A stretch of 64,000 nucleotides of DNA from Acidimicrobiales bacterium (GCA_050013835.1 JBEKEM010000004.1:101569-165568); one strand, 5' to 3'; shown: positions 8,617-17,284, counted from the stretch's first letter. Notes: generated by a model not told the origin, from the letters alone. Numbers and translations: made by a program.

Positions 8617-10383
8617 ATGAAACGACTTGGGTCTGTAACGATCGCCGTTTGCACGCTGATCGGTGCCTCACTGTACGGTGGAGTCTCGCTGATGAACAGC
8701 GCATTGGCGCGAACCATGCCCGTCGGTACCTTTCGCGTCTTCCCGTTGGGTTTGGTCGTTTCCACGGGACATTCGCCGCCTTTGACCGCAGAGAATCCTG
8801 GACCGGCGAGCGCGGGGCGTCGCATAGTCACCGTCCTACCCGACCTGCGCCCAACTCCTTCAGCCAAGTCCTCGGCGAGTGGCAAGCCGTCTCTGTCATC
8901 CGTCAAGAGTTCCGCCTCGGCCTTGCCCAGCTCGGGTGGAATTGCCCGACCTATGGCGAGGGTAAGCAATGCAACCATCTGCACGTTTTCTTCGTTCAGA
9001 TGGCAAGGAACTCCCTTCAAGAGAACCGTAAACTGCACAGGTACCAACCGGCGGGTCGAGATCTCCGTGTTCGTTCCGGCGAATACGCGAAGCACACCCT
9101 TCACTGCTGAGGTTCGCATCACGGCGAGCAATCGCTTTGGAATCAGCACAGCGATCTGGCATGTCGTCGTGAAGGCACGACACCGTCGGCCCACACCGAC
9201 GACGACAACGCCGCCAGCTACAACCACCACGCCGCCGACCACGACCACGACAACGCCACCGACCACGACAACGCCACCGACCACGACAACGCCGCCGACC
9301 ACGACAACGCCACCGACCACGACAACGCCGCCGACCACGACAACGCCACCGACCACGACCTCGACATCGCCGACCACAACGACGACCACGACGACCACAA
9401 CGACGACCACGACGTCTACGACGACTACGACGCTGGCGCCTGCTGCACCCGTCATTACAGAACAACCAACGAACCAAACAGTTCCTGCGGGCGATTCCGC
9501 GAGCTTCACGGCCTGGGCGTCGGGCACTCCGACCCCCAGTATCCAGTGGAAGTACTCATCCAACGGCGGCACAAGCTGGGCGTATGCCTCCGGCGCCTCC
9601 TCGACCTCGCGGACCTACTCGTTCACGGCGTCGAGCGCGGAGAACAGCTACGAGTACGAAGCGGTGTTCACGAACACCGGCGGATCCGCAACGACCAACC
9701 CCGCGACGCTGACAGTCACGAACCGCAACTCCTACAACTGGTCCGGCTACGTGGACACAGGCCCGACAGGCACCTTTGCCTCGGTCAATGGTGACTGGAC
9801 GGTACCGACTCTGACATGCAATTCAGGCAAGAACGCCTACGCCTCGGCGTGGATCGGGATCGACGGCTACGGGAGCAGCACGGTCGAGCAGGACGGCATC
9901 GAAGCGGACTGCAACACGAACAACGTGGCTTCGTATTACGCCTGGTATGAGATGTACGGGGACAACAACATCAACAGCGGCAACGAGGTCCAACTTCCCG
10001 CCGGGCACCCGGTATCCCCTGGGGATGCGATGTCGGCGTCCATCAGCGTCGTTGCCAACGTATGGACCCTCGAGATCTCAGACTCGACGCAGGGGTGGCA
10101 CTACACGAGGTCTCCGGCAATCACGTTCTCGGCGGCACAGGAATCAGCGGAATGGATCGTCGAAAGACCCGAGGTGAATGGCAACACAGCGGTCCCGCTC
10201 GCCGACTTCGGGTCGGTGGCCTTCACAAATGCGACGGTGAACGGGACCACCGATTCCATCTCTGCGTTCACCGCGTTGTCCATCGAAATGGTCGATAGCG
10301 GTTCGGCGATTTTGGCCGCGCCCGGACCGCTCAGCTCCTCGGGCGAGAACTTCACGGACAATTGGGAAGCTCTCGGTCCTTAG
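8617..10383 (+). CDS. Secreted multidomain protein with C-terminal G1 (eqolisin) glutamic peptidase domain
   Basis: The signal peptide is MKRLGSVTIAVCTLIGASLYGGVSLMNSALA. A Thr/Pro linker and an Ig-like segment (PVITEQPTNQTVPAGDSASFTAWASGTPTPSIQWKY) follow. The C-terminal domain carries the G1 motifs NWSGY, WIGIDG, VEQDG, YYAWYEMY and SAEWIVERP. Confidence 0.8.
   Translation: MKRLGSVTIAVCTLIGASLYGGVSLMNSALARTMPVGTFRVFPLGLVVSTGHSPPLTAENPGPASAGRRIVTVLPDLRPTPSAKSSASGKPSLSSVKSSASALPSSGGIARPMARVSNATICTFSSFRWQGTPFKRTVNCTGTNRRVEISVFVPANTRSTPFTAEVRITASNRFGISTAIWHVVVKARHRRPTPTTTTPPATTTTPPTTTTTTPPTTTTPPTTTTPPTTTTPPTTTTPPTTTTPPTTTSTSPTTTTTTTTTTTTTTSTTTTTLAPAAPVITEQPTNQTVPAGDSASFTAWASGTPTPSIQWKYSSNGGTSWAYASGASSTSRTYSFTASSAENSYEYEAVFTNTGGSATTNPATLTVTNRNSYNWSGYVDTGPTGTFASVNGDWTVPTLTCNSGKNAYASAWIGIDGYGSSTVEQDGIEADCNTNNVASYYAWYEMYGDNNINSGNEVQLPAGHPVSPGDAMSASISVVANVWTLEISDSTQGWHYTRSPAITFSAAQESAEWIVERPEVNGNTAVPLADFGSVAFTNATVNGTTDSISAFTALSIEMVDSGSAILAAPGPLSSSGENFTDNWEALGP
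9256..9363 (+). repeat. Six tandem 18-bp units (cc[ag]ccgaccacgacaacg) encoding PPTTTT
   Basis: The units are read directly at 9256, 9274, 9292, 9310, 9328 and 9346. They sit inside a wider Thr/Pro low-complexity tract at about 9196-9432. Confidence 0.9.
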
Positions 10384-10542
10384 ATCCCGCGTTCGCAGGT
10401 GTGTCGGCTCCAACCTTCGGACGATTCGGTGTCGCGCCACAAACCGCACCCGGGCGGCGCGGACCACCCAGCGCCCCTCGCTCAGGTCCGGCTGCCCGCC
10501 GTGAATTCCGATCGGATTCCATCAGCTATCGTCTGCGAAGCC

Positions 10543-10638
10543 ATGGGATCGCTGATCAAGAAGCGCCGCAAGCGCATGCGCAAGAAGAAGCACAAGAAGA
10601 TGCTGAAGCGCACGCGTTGGCAGCGCCGCTCGAAGTAG
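10543..10638 (+). CDS. 30S ribosomal protein bS22 (actinobacterial mini-protein)
   Basis: The 31-aa product MGSLIKKRRKRMRKKKHKKMLKRTRWQRRSK matches the remembered mycobacterial bS22 pattern (MGSVIKKRRKRM.KKKH.K.LK.TR.QRR.K). It is the internal ATG of track ORF 10399..10638. Confidence 0.85.
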   Translation: MGSLIKKRRKRMRKKKHKKMLKRTRWQRRSK

Positions 10639-10705
10639 GCCTACTCACCCGTTCACGGGGACGAGCGCTCCCGATCCGAGCGATTTGCTAGGGATCGGCA
10701 CGCGC

Positions 10706-11521
10706 TCACGTGACGGCGCGCGTGGCCGCGACGAGAGCTGACAGCTTCGTCGACTCGACCCTCCTTCGGATCTCGCTGGCGACGGCCGGCGCTTCCGGCG
10801 GCTCACACTCGACGAACCAGGTCGACCCGCTCCCGGCCAGAGACGGCTGCAATCCGGACGCCTCCGCGAGGAGCTCCCGGTAGTGCGCGAGCCGCGGCTC
10901 GACGACGATTGCCGCTCTTTCCAGGTCGTTCGTCGCGGATCCCGGCGCCGGGGCGCCGACCTCGTCGAACGCCGCGTAGACCGCAGCAGTCGACACGCCG
11001 AATGAAGGTGTGACGATGACAAAGGCCTGGTCAGCGGGTGCCAGGGCTTCGACGATCTCGCCGACACCGCGCACCTTCGCGCGACCGCCTCGCAGACAGA
11101 AGGGCACGTCAGCGCCGAGACGCGCCGCGAGCGCGAGATCCTTGACTCCCGCCCAGCGGAGCACGGCCGCGGCGTCGGCCGATCCTCCGCCGAGACCTGC
11201 TCCGGGCGGGATCCTCTTCACGAGCCGGATGTGTGCCCGCCGACCAACGAGATCGAGGGCCCGGACGACCAGGTTCTCGCTGACCGGCACGTCCGAGAGC
11301 ACCGGGACTTCGACTCCGGAACCCACCCAGCGGACGGCGTCGACGACCTCGAGACCGTCGCCAGCGCTGAATTCGAGCTCGTCGGCGAGGTCGAGTGCGA
11401 CCATCTCCGCTTCGATGAGGTGGTACCCGTCGTCACGTCGCCCGACGATGCGGAACGTTCGGGTCAGCTTGGCGGGGGCGAGCCTGCGATCGACCTTCGG
11501 CACGCTGCCAGCTTGCCCCAA
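10706..11521 (-). CDS. ispE: 4-diphosphocytidyl-2-C-methyl-D-erythritol kinase
   Basis: The sequence shows APAKLTRTFRIVGRRDDGYH and the GHMP kinase motif PPGAGLGGGSADAAA. The annotated start overlaps the rsmA 3' end by 58 nt, so the true start may be a downstream GTG. Confidence 0.85.
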   Translation of the reverse strand: MGQAGSVPKVDRRLAPAKLTRTFRIVGRRDDGYHLIEAEMVALDLADELEFSAGDGLEVVDAVRWVGSGVEVPVLSDVPVSENLVVRALDLVGRRAHIRLVKRIPPGAGLGGGSADAAAVLRWAGVKDLALAARLGADVPFCLRGGRAKVRGVGEIVEALAPADQAFVIVTPSFGVSTAAVYAAFDEVGAPAPGSATNDLERAAIVVEPRLAHYRELLAEASGLQPSLAGSGSTWFVECEPPEAPAVASEIRRRVESTKLSALVAATRAVT

Positions 11522-12333
11522 GCCGCGACGTCGAGCCGCTCGGCACGCAGTCGGGCGTCGACGTCGGCAGCCTCGAACGCCTCGGGCGTCACCACTGAAC
11601 TGAGCGATCGCCGGAGCATCTTCCTCCTACCGGTGAATCCGGCTCGGACGAGCTCGTCGATCTCCTCGTAGCTCACGAGGCCGGGATCGACTGCGGGCCG
11701 GTCCCGTCGTTCGATGGCGACAAGGACCGAGTCGACTTTCGGGCGCGGATGGAACACCTCGGGCGGCACCCCGCCGACGACTCGCGCCGTCGCGAAGTAG
11801 GCGACCCGGACGCTGACCGCGCCGTAGCTCCGGCTGCCCGGAACGGCGGCGAGGCGGGCACCGACCTCGGCCTGGACCATGACGAGCATTCGGCGGATGG
11901 CCGGCACGTTCTTCAGGATCTCGACGATGAGCGGGGTCGCCACGTTGTAGGGCAGGTTGGCGACGAGCACCCAGCCGGCGCCGGGCTCGTCCGGGGTCGC
12001 GAGGACCTCGTCCCAGTCGAGGCGCAGCGCGTCGGCCTCGACGACGCGAACCGTCCCGGGAACGAGGGAAGGCAGCTCCTCGACGAGGCGGTGGTCGATC
12101 TCGACGGCGGTGACCTGGGCCCCGGTCCGGGCGAGCGCGACGGTCAATGCGCCGAGCCCGGCACCGACCTCGACGACCCGGTCCCCCGCGCCGACCGCGG
12201 CGAGACGCGCGACCCTCTCGACGGTGTTCGGGTCGACGACGAAGTTCTGCCCGAAGGCCTTGCGCGGCGTGATGCCGCGGGCCGCGAGCAGCGTGCGCAG
12301 CTCACCGCGCCCGAGCGGTCGTGGCCCGGTCAC
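11464..12333 (-). CDS. rsmA: 16S rRNA (adenine1518/1519-N6)-dimethyltransferase
   Basis: The N-terminus PRKAFGQNFVVDPNTVERV, the SAM motif VVEVGAGLGALT and the NLPYNVATP motif are all present. Confidence 0.9.
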   Translation of the reverse strand: MTGPRPLGRGELRTLLAARGITPRKAFGQNFVVDPNTVERVARLAAVGAGDRVVEVGAGLGALTVALARTGAQVTAVEIDHRLVEELPSLVPGTVRVVEADALRLDWDEVLATPDEPGAGWVLVANLPYNVATPLIVEILKNVPAIRRMLVMVQAEVGARLAAVPGSRSYGAVSVRVAYFATARVVGGVPPEVFHPRPKVDSVLVAIERRDRPAVDPGLVSYEEIDELVRAGFTGRRKMLRRSLSSVVTPEAFEAADVDARLRAERLDVAAWGKLAACRRSIAGSPPPS

Positions 12334-12338
12334 CGCGA

Positions 12339-13169
12339 TCAGGCGCCGAGGGAGAAGACGGCCGAGACGTTGGCGTTCGTCGCCGCGGCGAGTCGCTCCG
12401 CCGGCTCGCCGCGGATCTCGGCGAGCGCGACGCCGACGAGAGTGACGTAGGCCGGTTCGTTCGGCTTGCCGCGGTGCGGGACCGGCGCGAGGAAGGGCGA
12501 GTCGGTCTCGACGAGCAGGCGGTCCGCCGGGCAGGCGACGGCCGCCTCCCGGACGGATGCCGCGTTCTTGAACGTCACGATCCCGCTGAACGAGAGGTAG
12601 GCGCCGAGGTCGAGGCAGCGCCGGGCCTCGGACTCGCCGCCGGTGAAGCAGTGGATGACGGTCCGCTCCGGCGCGCCACAGGCGCCCAGGATGTCGAACG
12701 TGTCCTCCCAGGCGTCTCGGGTGTGGACGACGAGGGCGAGGTCGTGGCGCTTGGCGAGGTCGATCTGCGCGGTGAACACCTCACGCTGTGCCTCTTTCGG
12801 CGAGTGCTCGTAGTAGTAGTCGAGACCGCACTCGCCGATGGCGACGACCGACCCGGGCGCCTTCGGACCGGGCGGGGGCGCGAGCCCCGCCACGAGGTCC
12901 GCGATCGCTTCGACGCCGCGCGACGCCTCGTGCGGGTGGAGGCCGACCGTCGCCCACACCGCGACGTCGGCGCGTCGCTCGGTGACGCTCTTGGCGAGCT
13001 CGACCGCCTGACGCGACTCGACCTCGGCAGTCCCGATACAGACGAGCCGACCGACACCCCCCTCGGCCGCCCTCGTGATGACGGCGTCGACGCCGCCCGG
13101 GTCCTCGAGATAGGCGTCCTGGATGTGGCAGTGGCTGTCGGTCCAGCGCGGTGCGGTCCCGTCGGTCAT
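12339..13169 (-). CDS. tatD: TatD family metal-dependent hydrolase
   Basis: The homologous part starts at MTDGTAPRWTDSHCHI and includes IGECGLDYYY and the VHTRDA..HCFTG motifs. Its ATG overlaps the metG stop (ATGA at 13166-13169). The upstream 270 codons of the track ORF are a shadow of metG. Confidence 0.85.
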   Translation of the reverse strand: MTDGTAPRWTDSHCHIQDAYLEDPGGVDAVITRAAEGGVGRLVCIGTAEVESRQAVELAKSVTERRADVAVWATVGLHPHEASRGVEAIADLVAGLAPPPGPKAPGSVVAIGECGLDYYYEHSPKEAQREVFTAQIDLAKRHDLALVVHTRDAWEDTFDILGACGAPERTVIHCFTGGESEARRCLDLGAYLSFSGIVTFKNAASVREAAVACPADRLLVETDSPFLAPVPHRGKPNEPAYVTLVGVALAEIRGEPAERLAAATNANVSAVFSLGA

Positions 13170-14728
13170 CGGCCGTCGCCGGCCGATGCCGCGGCCCCCT
13201 GCTCGCGGCGCGGGAAGAGCGGTGCCGCCTTCTCGACGGGGCGTCCCCCCGGGTAGCCACCCCAGCCGAGCGCGCCACCGGCGGCCGCGGCGAGGCCCGG
13301 CGCGGCGACGTCGCCGTCGAGCCCGAGCCGGCGCCAGATCGCCTGGGCGGTCTTCGGGATCGCCGGCGAGGAGAGGACCGCGACGATGCGGAGGACCTCG
13401 AGCGCGTCGCCGAGGATCCCGTCGACCTCTTCGCCCGCCGCGAGCTTCCAGGGTTCGCGCCGTTCGAGCTCGACGTTCGTCTCGTGGATGAGCCGCCACG
13501 TCGCCTCGAGCGCCTCGTGGGGGTTCGTGCGCGCCCAGGCCCCCCGCGCCACCTCGACTGTCTCGGCGGCGAGGGTCGCCAGACGGTTCCCATCGTCTGC
13601 CGGCCGCGGGGCGGGTCCGATCCCGCCGCATTTCGAGGCGACGACGGCGGCCACCCGTTGCAGCAGGTTGCCGAGGTTGTTGGCGAGGTCGGCGTTGTAG
13701 CGGGCGACGAGGCCCTCGTAGGTGATGTCCCCGTCGAGCCCGAGCACGACGTCCCGGAGCAGGTGGTAGCGGAGGGCATCGACGCCGACGTCGGCACCGA
13801 GCGCGACGGGATCGATCTGGTTCGCCCTCGACTTCGCCATCTTTTCGCCGCCGACGAGCAGCCAGCCGTGGGCGATGACCTGGAGCGGCGGGTCGATGCC
13901 CGCCGCCATGCACATCGCCGGCCACCACACGCAGTGGAACCGCACGATCTCCTTCGCCATCAGGTGGTGGACGGCAGGCCACCACGCGGCGAACCGCTCG
14001 TCGTCCTCGCCGTAGCCGATCGCGGTGGCGTAGTTGACGAGGGCGTCGAACCAGACGTAGATGACATGGGCGTCGTCCCAGGGCACCGGGATGCCCCAGT
14101 CAAAGGCCGTCCTCGTGATCGAGATGTCCTCGAGGCCGCCCCGGATGATGCCAAGCGCCTCATTGCGGCGCGACTCGGGGATGACCGCCGCCGGCGCCGA
14201 GGCGTACCAGTCGGTGAGCCGCTCGGCGAACCGGGAGAGCTCGAAGAAGTAGTTCTCCTCCGTGAGCCACTCGACGGGCTTCTCGTGGACCGGGCAGCGT
14301 TCGCCCGGCCCGAGCTCCTCGGCCGAGTAGTACGCCTCGCAGGCGACGCAGTACCACCCGGCGTACGTGCCCTTGTGGATGAACCCGTTGTCGTAGATCG
14401 CCTGGACGAAACGCTGCACCGCCTTCGTGTGGCGGGGTTCGGTCGTGCGGATGTAGTCATCGTTCGAGATGTCGAGCTGCCGCCAGGCCTCCTCGAAATG
14501 GGCGCTCATCGCGTCGACCCAGTCCTGCGGATCCACACCCTGGGCCTCGGCGGCTCGGGCGACCTTCAGGCCGTGCTCGTCGACGCCGGTGAGGAAGAAC
14601 ACGTCGTCGCCGACGAGCCGGTGCCAACGCGCGAGCGCGTCGGCGACGATCGTCGTGTAGGCGGTCCCGAGGTGGGGACGGTCCGTGACGTAGTAGATGG
14701 GCGTCGTGACGAAGAACCGGTCGGGCAC
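13166..14728 (-). CDS. metG: Methionine--tRNA ligase
   Basis: FFVTTPIYYVTDRPHLGTAYTTIVADALARW (HIGH region) and the KMAKSRANQI (KMSKS) motif are present. The proposed GTG start (VPDRFF) lies downstream of the rsmI stop at 14791, but the start is not certain. Confidence 0.85.
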   Translation of the reverse strand: MPDRFFVTTPIYYVTDRPHLGTAYTTIVADALARWHRLVGDDVFFLTGVDEHGLKVARAAEAQGVDPQDWVDAMSAHFEEAWRQLDISNDDYIRTTEPRHTKAVQRFVQAIYDNGFIHKGTYAGWYCVACEAYYSAEELGPGERCPVHEKPVEWLTEENYFFELSRFAERLTDWYASAPAAVIPESRRNEALGIIRGGLEDISITRTAFDWGIPVPWDDAHVIYVWFDALVNYATAIGYGEDDERFAAWWPAVHHLMAKEIVRFHCVWWPAMCMAAGIDPPLQVIAHGWLLVGGEKMAKSRANQIDPVALGADVGVDALRYHLLRDVVLGLDGDITYEGLVARYNADLANNLGNLLQRVAAVVASKCGGIGPAPRPADDGNRLATLAAETVEVARGAWARTNPHEALEATWRLIHETNVELERREPWKLAAGEEVDGILGDALEVLRIVAVLSSPAIPKTAQAIWRRLGLDGDVAAPGLAAAAGGALGWGGYPGGRPVEKAAPLFPRREQGAAASAGDGR

Positions 14729-14790
14729 GCCGCCAGCGTACCGGTCGGGCGCGGGACGGCCCGAGAACAGGGCATTCGGCCCGGGACCGC

Positions 14791-15714
14791 TCAAGGGTCC
14801 CTTCGTGCCGCCTCCGCCCCGCGCAGCTCGAGCGCCGCCGCGTAGGCGACGCGGTGGGCGACGCCGAGCAGCACCTCGACCGCGGCCGTCGCCTCGCGCA
14901 GGCCGACTCCTGCGGCCACCAGCCGGCTGATCGCCTCGCGGGCCTCGGCCCGGGCCGGTTGCCGACGGCCGGGCGCGGCGTCGACGACGATGACGTGCTC
15001 GCCGCGGGGCTCCGTCCCTTCCACCCGGGTGCACGCCTCATCGACGCGGCCGCGCCACACCTCCTCGTGGAGCTTGGTGAGCTCACGGCACACGACCACG
15101 CGGCGATCGGCCCCGCAGCGGTCGGCCAGGTCGGCGAGTGTCCCGGCGACCCGGTTGGGCGCCTCGAAGACGACCGTCGGGCACGGTGCGGCGGCGATCT
15201 CTCCGAGACGGGTGCGACGCTCGGCCCCCTTGCGCGGCAGGAACCCTTCGAAGCGGAAGCGGTTCGCCTCGAGGCCGCTGACGACGAGAGCAGCGAGCAC
15301 CGCCGACGGCCCCGGAACAACCGTGACGTCGAATCCGGCGCCGACAGCGGCGGCGACGAGCCGCCCCCCGGGGTCGGAGATGACCGGCGTCCCCGCGTCC
15401 GAGACGAGCGCGACATCCGCCCCCGCGTCGAGCAGACCGAGGACGGTGCCGATCTGCTCGGCCTCGTTGTGGGCGTGGAAGGCGAGCAATCGTCTCGCGT
15501 GCACACCGGCGTGCTCGAGCAACCGCCCGGTGTGGCGCGTGTCCTCGCAGCAGACGGCGCCGGCCGTGGCGAGGGCCGCGGCGGCCCGGGGCGACAGGTC
15601 CGCCAGGTTGCCGATTGGCGTCGCGACGATGACCAGCGCGCCCGCTCGCGCCGGCCGGGTCGTCGATCGCGTCACTCCCTCACCTCGAGGGCGTCCCCGA
15701 CGGCGAGATGCCAC
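14791..15714 (-). CDS. rsmI: 16S rRNA (cytidine1402-2'-O)-methyltransferase
   Basis: LVIVATPIGNLADLSPRAAAALATAGAVCCEDTRHTGRLL is the tetrapyrrole-methylase-like RsmI signature. The start is uncertain because it overlaps the DUF192 gene by 43 nt as drawn. Confidence 0.85.
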   Translation of the reverse strand: MASRRRGRPRGEGVTRSTTRPARAGALVIVATPIGNLADLSPRAAAALATAGAVCCEDTRHTGRLLEHAGVHARRLLAFHAHNEAEQIGTVLGLLDAGADVALVSDAGTPVISDPGGRLVAAAVGAGFDVTVVPGPSAVLAALVVSGLEANRFRFEGFLPRKGAERRTRLGEIAAAPCPTVVFEAPNRVAGTLADLADRCGADRRVVVCRELTKLHEEVWRGRVDEACTRVEGTEPRGEHVIVVDAAPGRRQPARAEAREAISRLVAAGVGLREATAAVEVLLGVAHRVAYAAALELRGAEAARRDP

Positions 15715-16076
15715 CGCTCGAACGCGCCCGCCTCGGCCTCAAGGACCGATCGGGCGCGCCGGCGCGGCAGCCCGACCCGGAAGGGACGCACCCTCGCCAC
15801 GGCGATGACGACGCGAGAGCGGTCGAGGTAGGCGACGTCGATGGCGAACCGCATACCGAACGTGTGAATCCCCCGGCACGGCTCGATGAGCAGGCCGCCA
15901 CCGATCCCCCTTCGACCGATCAGGCCGATGCCGCGACGCGCCGGGGACCGGACGACCTCGACGCTCGCGAGCACGTCGCCCCCCCGCAGCAACCAGGCCA
16001 ACTGGACCTCCCGCCGATCAACCTTCGACGTGAGGGTAGCCCCGGCCCCGGCCGCCCTCCCGTCGCCCGGCGCCAC
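15672..16076 (-). CDS. DUF192 domain protein
   Basis: The 134-aa ORF carries the core RRGIGLIGRR...GLLIEPCRGIHTFGMRFAIDVAYLD typical of DUF192. Confidence 0.7.
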   Translation of the reverse strand: MAPGDGRAAGAGATLTSKVDRREVQLAWLLRGGDVLASVEVVRSPARRGIGLIGRRGIGGGLLIEPCRGIHTFGMRFAIDVAYLDRSRVVIAVARVRPFRVGLPRRRARSVLEAEAGAFERWHLAVGDALEVRE

Positions 16077-16079
16077 TGG

Positions 16080-17156
16080 TCAGACGTTGAAGCGGATCTC
16101 CAACGTGTCACCGTCCTGGACCACGTAGTCCTTCCCTTCGAGGCGGATCCGGCCGGCCGCCTTCGCCGCCGCCCACGAGCCGATCTCGAGGAGCTCGTCC
16201 CAGCGGATCACCTCGGCGCGGATGAACCCGCGCTGGAGGTCGGAGTGGATGACGCCGGCACATTCCGGTGCCTTGGCGCCCTTGCGGAAGGTCCAGGCGC
16301 GCGACTCCTTGTCCCCGGTCGTGAGGAATGTCCAGCGTCCGATCGTGTCGAACAGCGCCCGCGCGACCCGCGGCAGCGCGCCCTCGCCGAGTCCCAGCCC
16401 GGCGAGGAGGTCGCTCCGCTCGGCCGGCTCGAGAGCGCGGGCCTCGGCCTCCAGCTCGACGCTCACGCCGAGCACCGTCGCGTGCTCGCCAAGCTCGGCG
16501 ACGAGCGGGGCGAGCACGGCGTCCGTTTCACCCACCTCGTCCTCGCCGAGGTTGACGACGCAGAAGAAGGGTTTGTTGGTGAGCAGGAAGAGTGGACCGA
16601 GCGCGGCGCGGTCCTCGGCCGAGAGCACCGAGCGGTACAGGGGGACGCCCGCCGAGAGGACTGCCTGTGCGGCCACCATGGCGCGCGACGCCTCGGCGAG
16701 GGCGGAATTCGTCCGGGCCGCCTTCTGCTGCCTCGTGAGCTGACCCTCCAGCGAGGCGAGGTCGGCGAGCACGAGCTCGAGCTCGAGCACGCCGAGGGCG
16801 GCGAGCGGATCGTGCTCGCCGGGCACCGAGTCGTCGGCGAAGCTGCGCAGCACGAAGCAGAGCGCGTCGACCTCCCGGATCCCGGCGAGGAAGCGGTTCC
16901 CCAGGCCCTCGCCGTGCTCGGATCCGGCGACGAGTCCGGCAATGTCGACGACCTCGACCGTCGCCTCGACGACCTTGCGGCTGGCGCTCATCGCCGCCAG
17001 CGCCGCCAGCCGGTGGTCGGCGACTCTTGCGACGCCGACCGCGGTCTCCGTCGTCGTGAACGGGTGCGAGGCGACTAGCACGTTCGCGCCGGTGAGGGCA
17101 TTGAAGAGCGACGATTTCCCGGAATTCGGCAGGCCGACGAGCCCGATGCGCTCCAC
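16080..17156 (-). CDS. ychF: Redox-regulated ribosome-binding ATPase YchF
   Basis: The GTG start gives MERIGLVGLPNSGKSSLFNALTG (G1 motif) and the C-terminus is ...LEIRFNV. At 358 aa it fits YchF. The upstream 380 codons of the track ORF are a shadow. Confidence 0.85.
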   Translation of the reverse strand: MERIGLVGLPNSGKSSLFNALTGANVLVASHPFTTTETAVGVARVADHRLAALAAMSASRKVVEATVEVVDIAGLVAGSEHGEGLGNRFLAGIREVDALCFVLRSFADDSVPGEHDPLAALGVLELELVLADLASLEGQLTRQQKAARTNSALAEASRAMVAAQAVLSAGVPLYRSVLSAEDRAALGPLFLLTNKPFFCVVNLGEDEVGETDAVLAPLVAELGEHATVLGVSVELEAEARALEPAERSDLLAGLGLGEGALPRVARALFDTIGRWTFLTTGDKESRAWTFRKGAKAPECAGVIHSDLQRGFIRAEVIRWDELLEIGSWAAAKAAGRIRLEGKDYVVQDGDTLEIRFNV

Positions 17157-17200
17157 GGCCGTCGAGGCTACTCGCGGACCTCGGCTACACTGCCGGGGCC

Positions 17201-17284
17201 ATGTCGAAGAAGACGAACAAGCGGAAGCTTCGCAAGCGGAGAAAAGCGAATCACGGCAAGAAGCCGAACTGCGGTCACGGCTAG
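17201..17284 (+). CDS. 50S ribosomal protein bL37 (actinobacterial mini-protein)
   Basis: The 27-aa ORF MSKKTNKRKLRKRRKANHGKKPNCGHG contains the KANHGK.PN core that I recall from mycobacterial bL37. It is absent from the ORF track because of its length. Confidence 0.65.
   Translation: MSKKTNKRKLRKRRKANHGKKPNCGHG

Noticed and set aside
9196-9432. Regular short repeats that could be mistaken for a CRISPR array.
   Set aside because: The units are contiguous 18-bp coding repeats without spacers, inside an ORF. No cas genes are in the window.
8508-9572. 354-aa minus-strand ORF with a long poly-Val/Gly run.
   Set aside because: It is the antisense reading of the Thr/Pro repeat tract of the G1 peptidase gene, not an independent gene.
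10671-10698. ccgatcc...ggatcgg hairpin between convergent bS22 and ispE; considered as a bidirectional terminator.
   Set aside because: The stem is only 7 bp, the loop is 14 nt, and there is no flanking T/A run. This is too weak to call.
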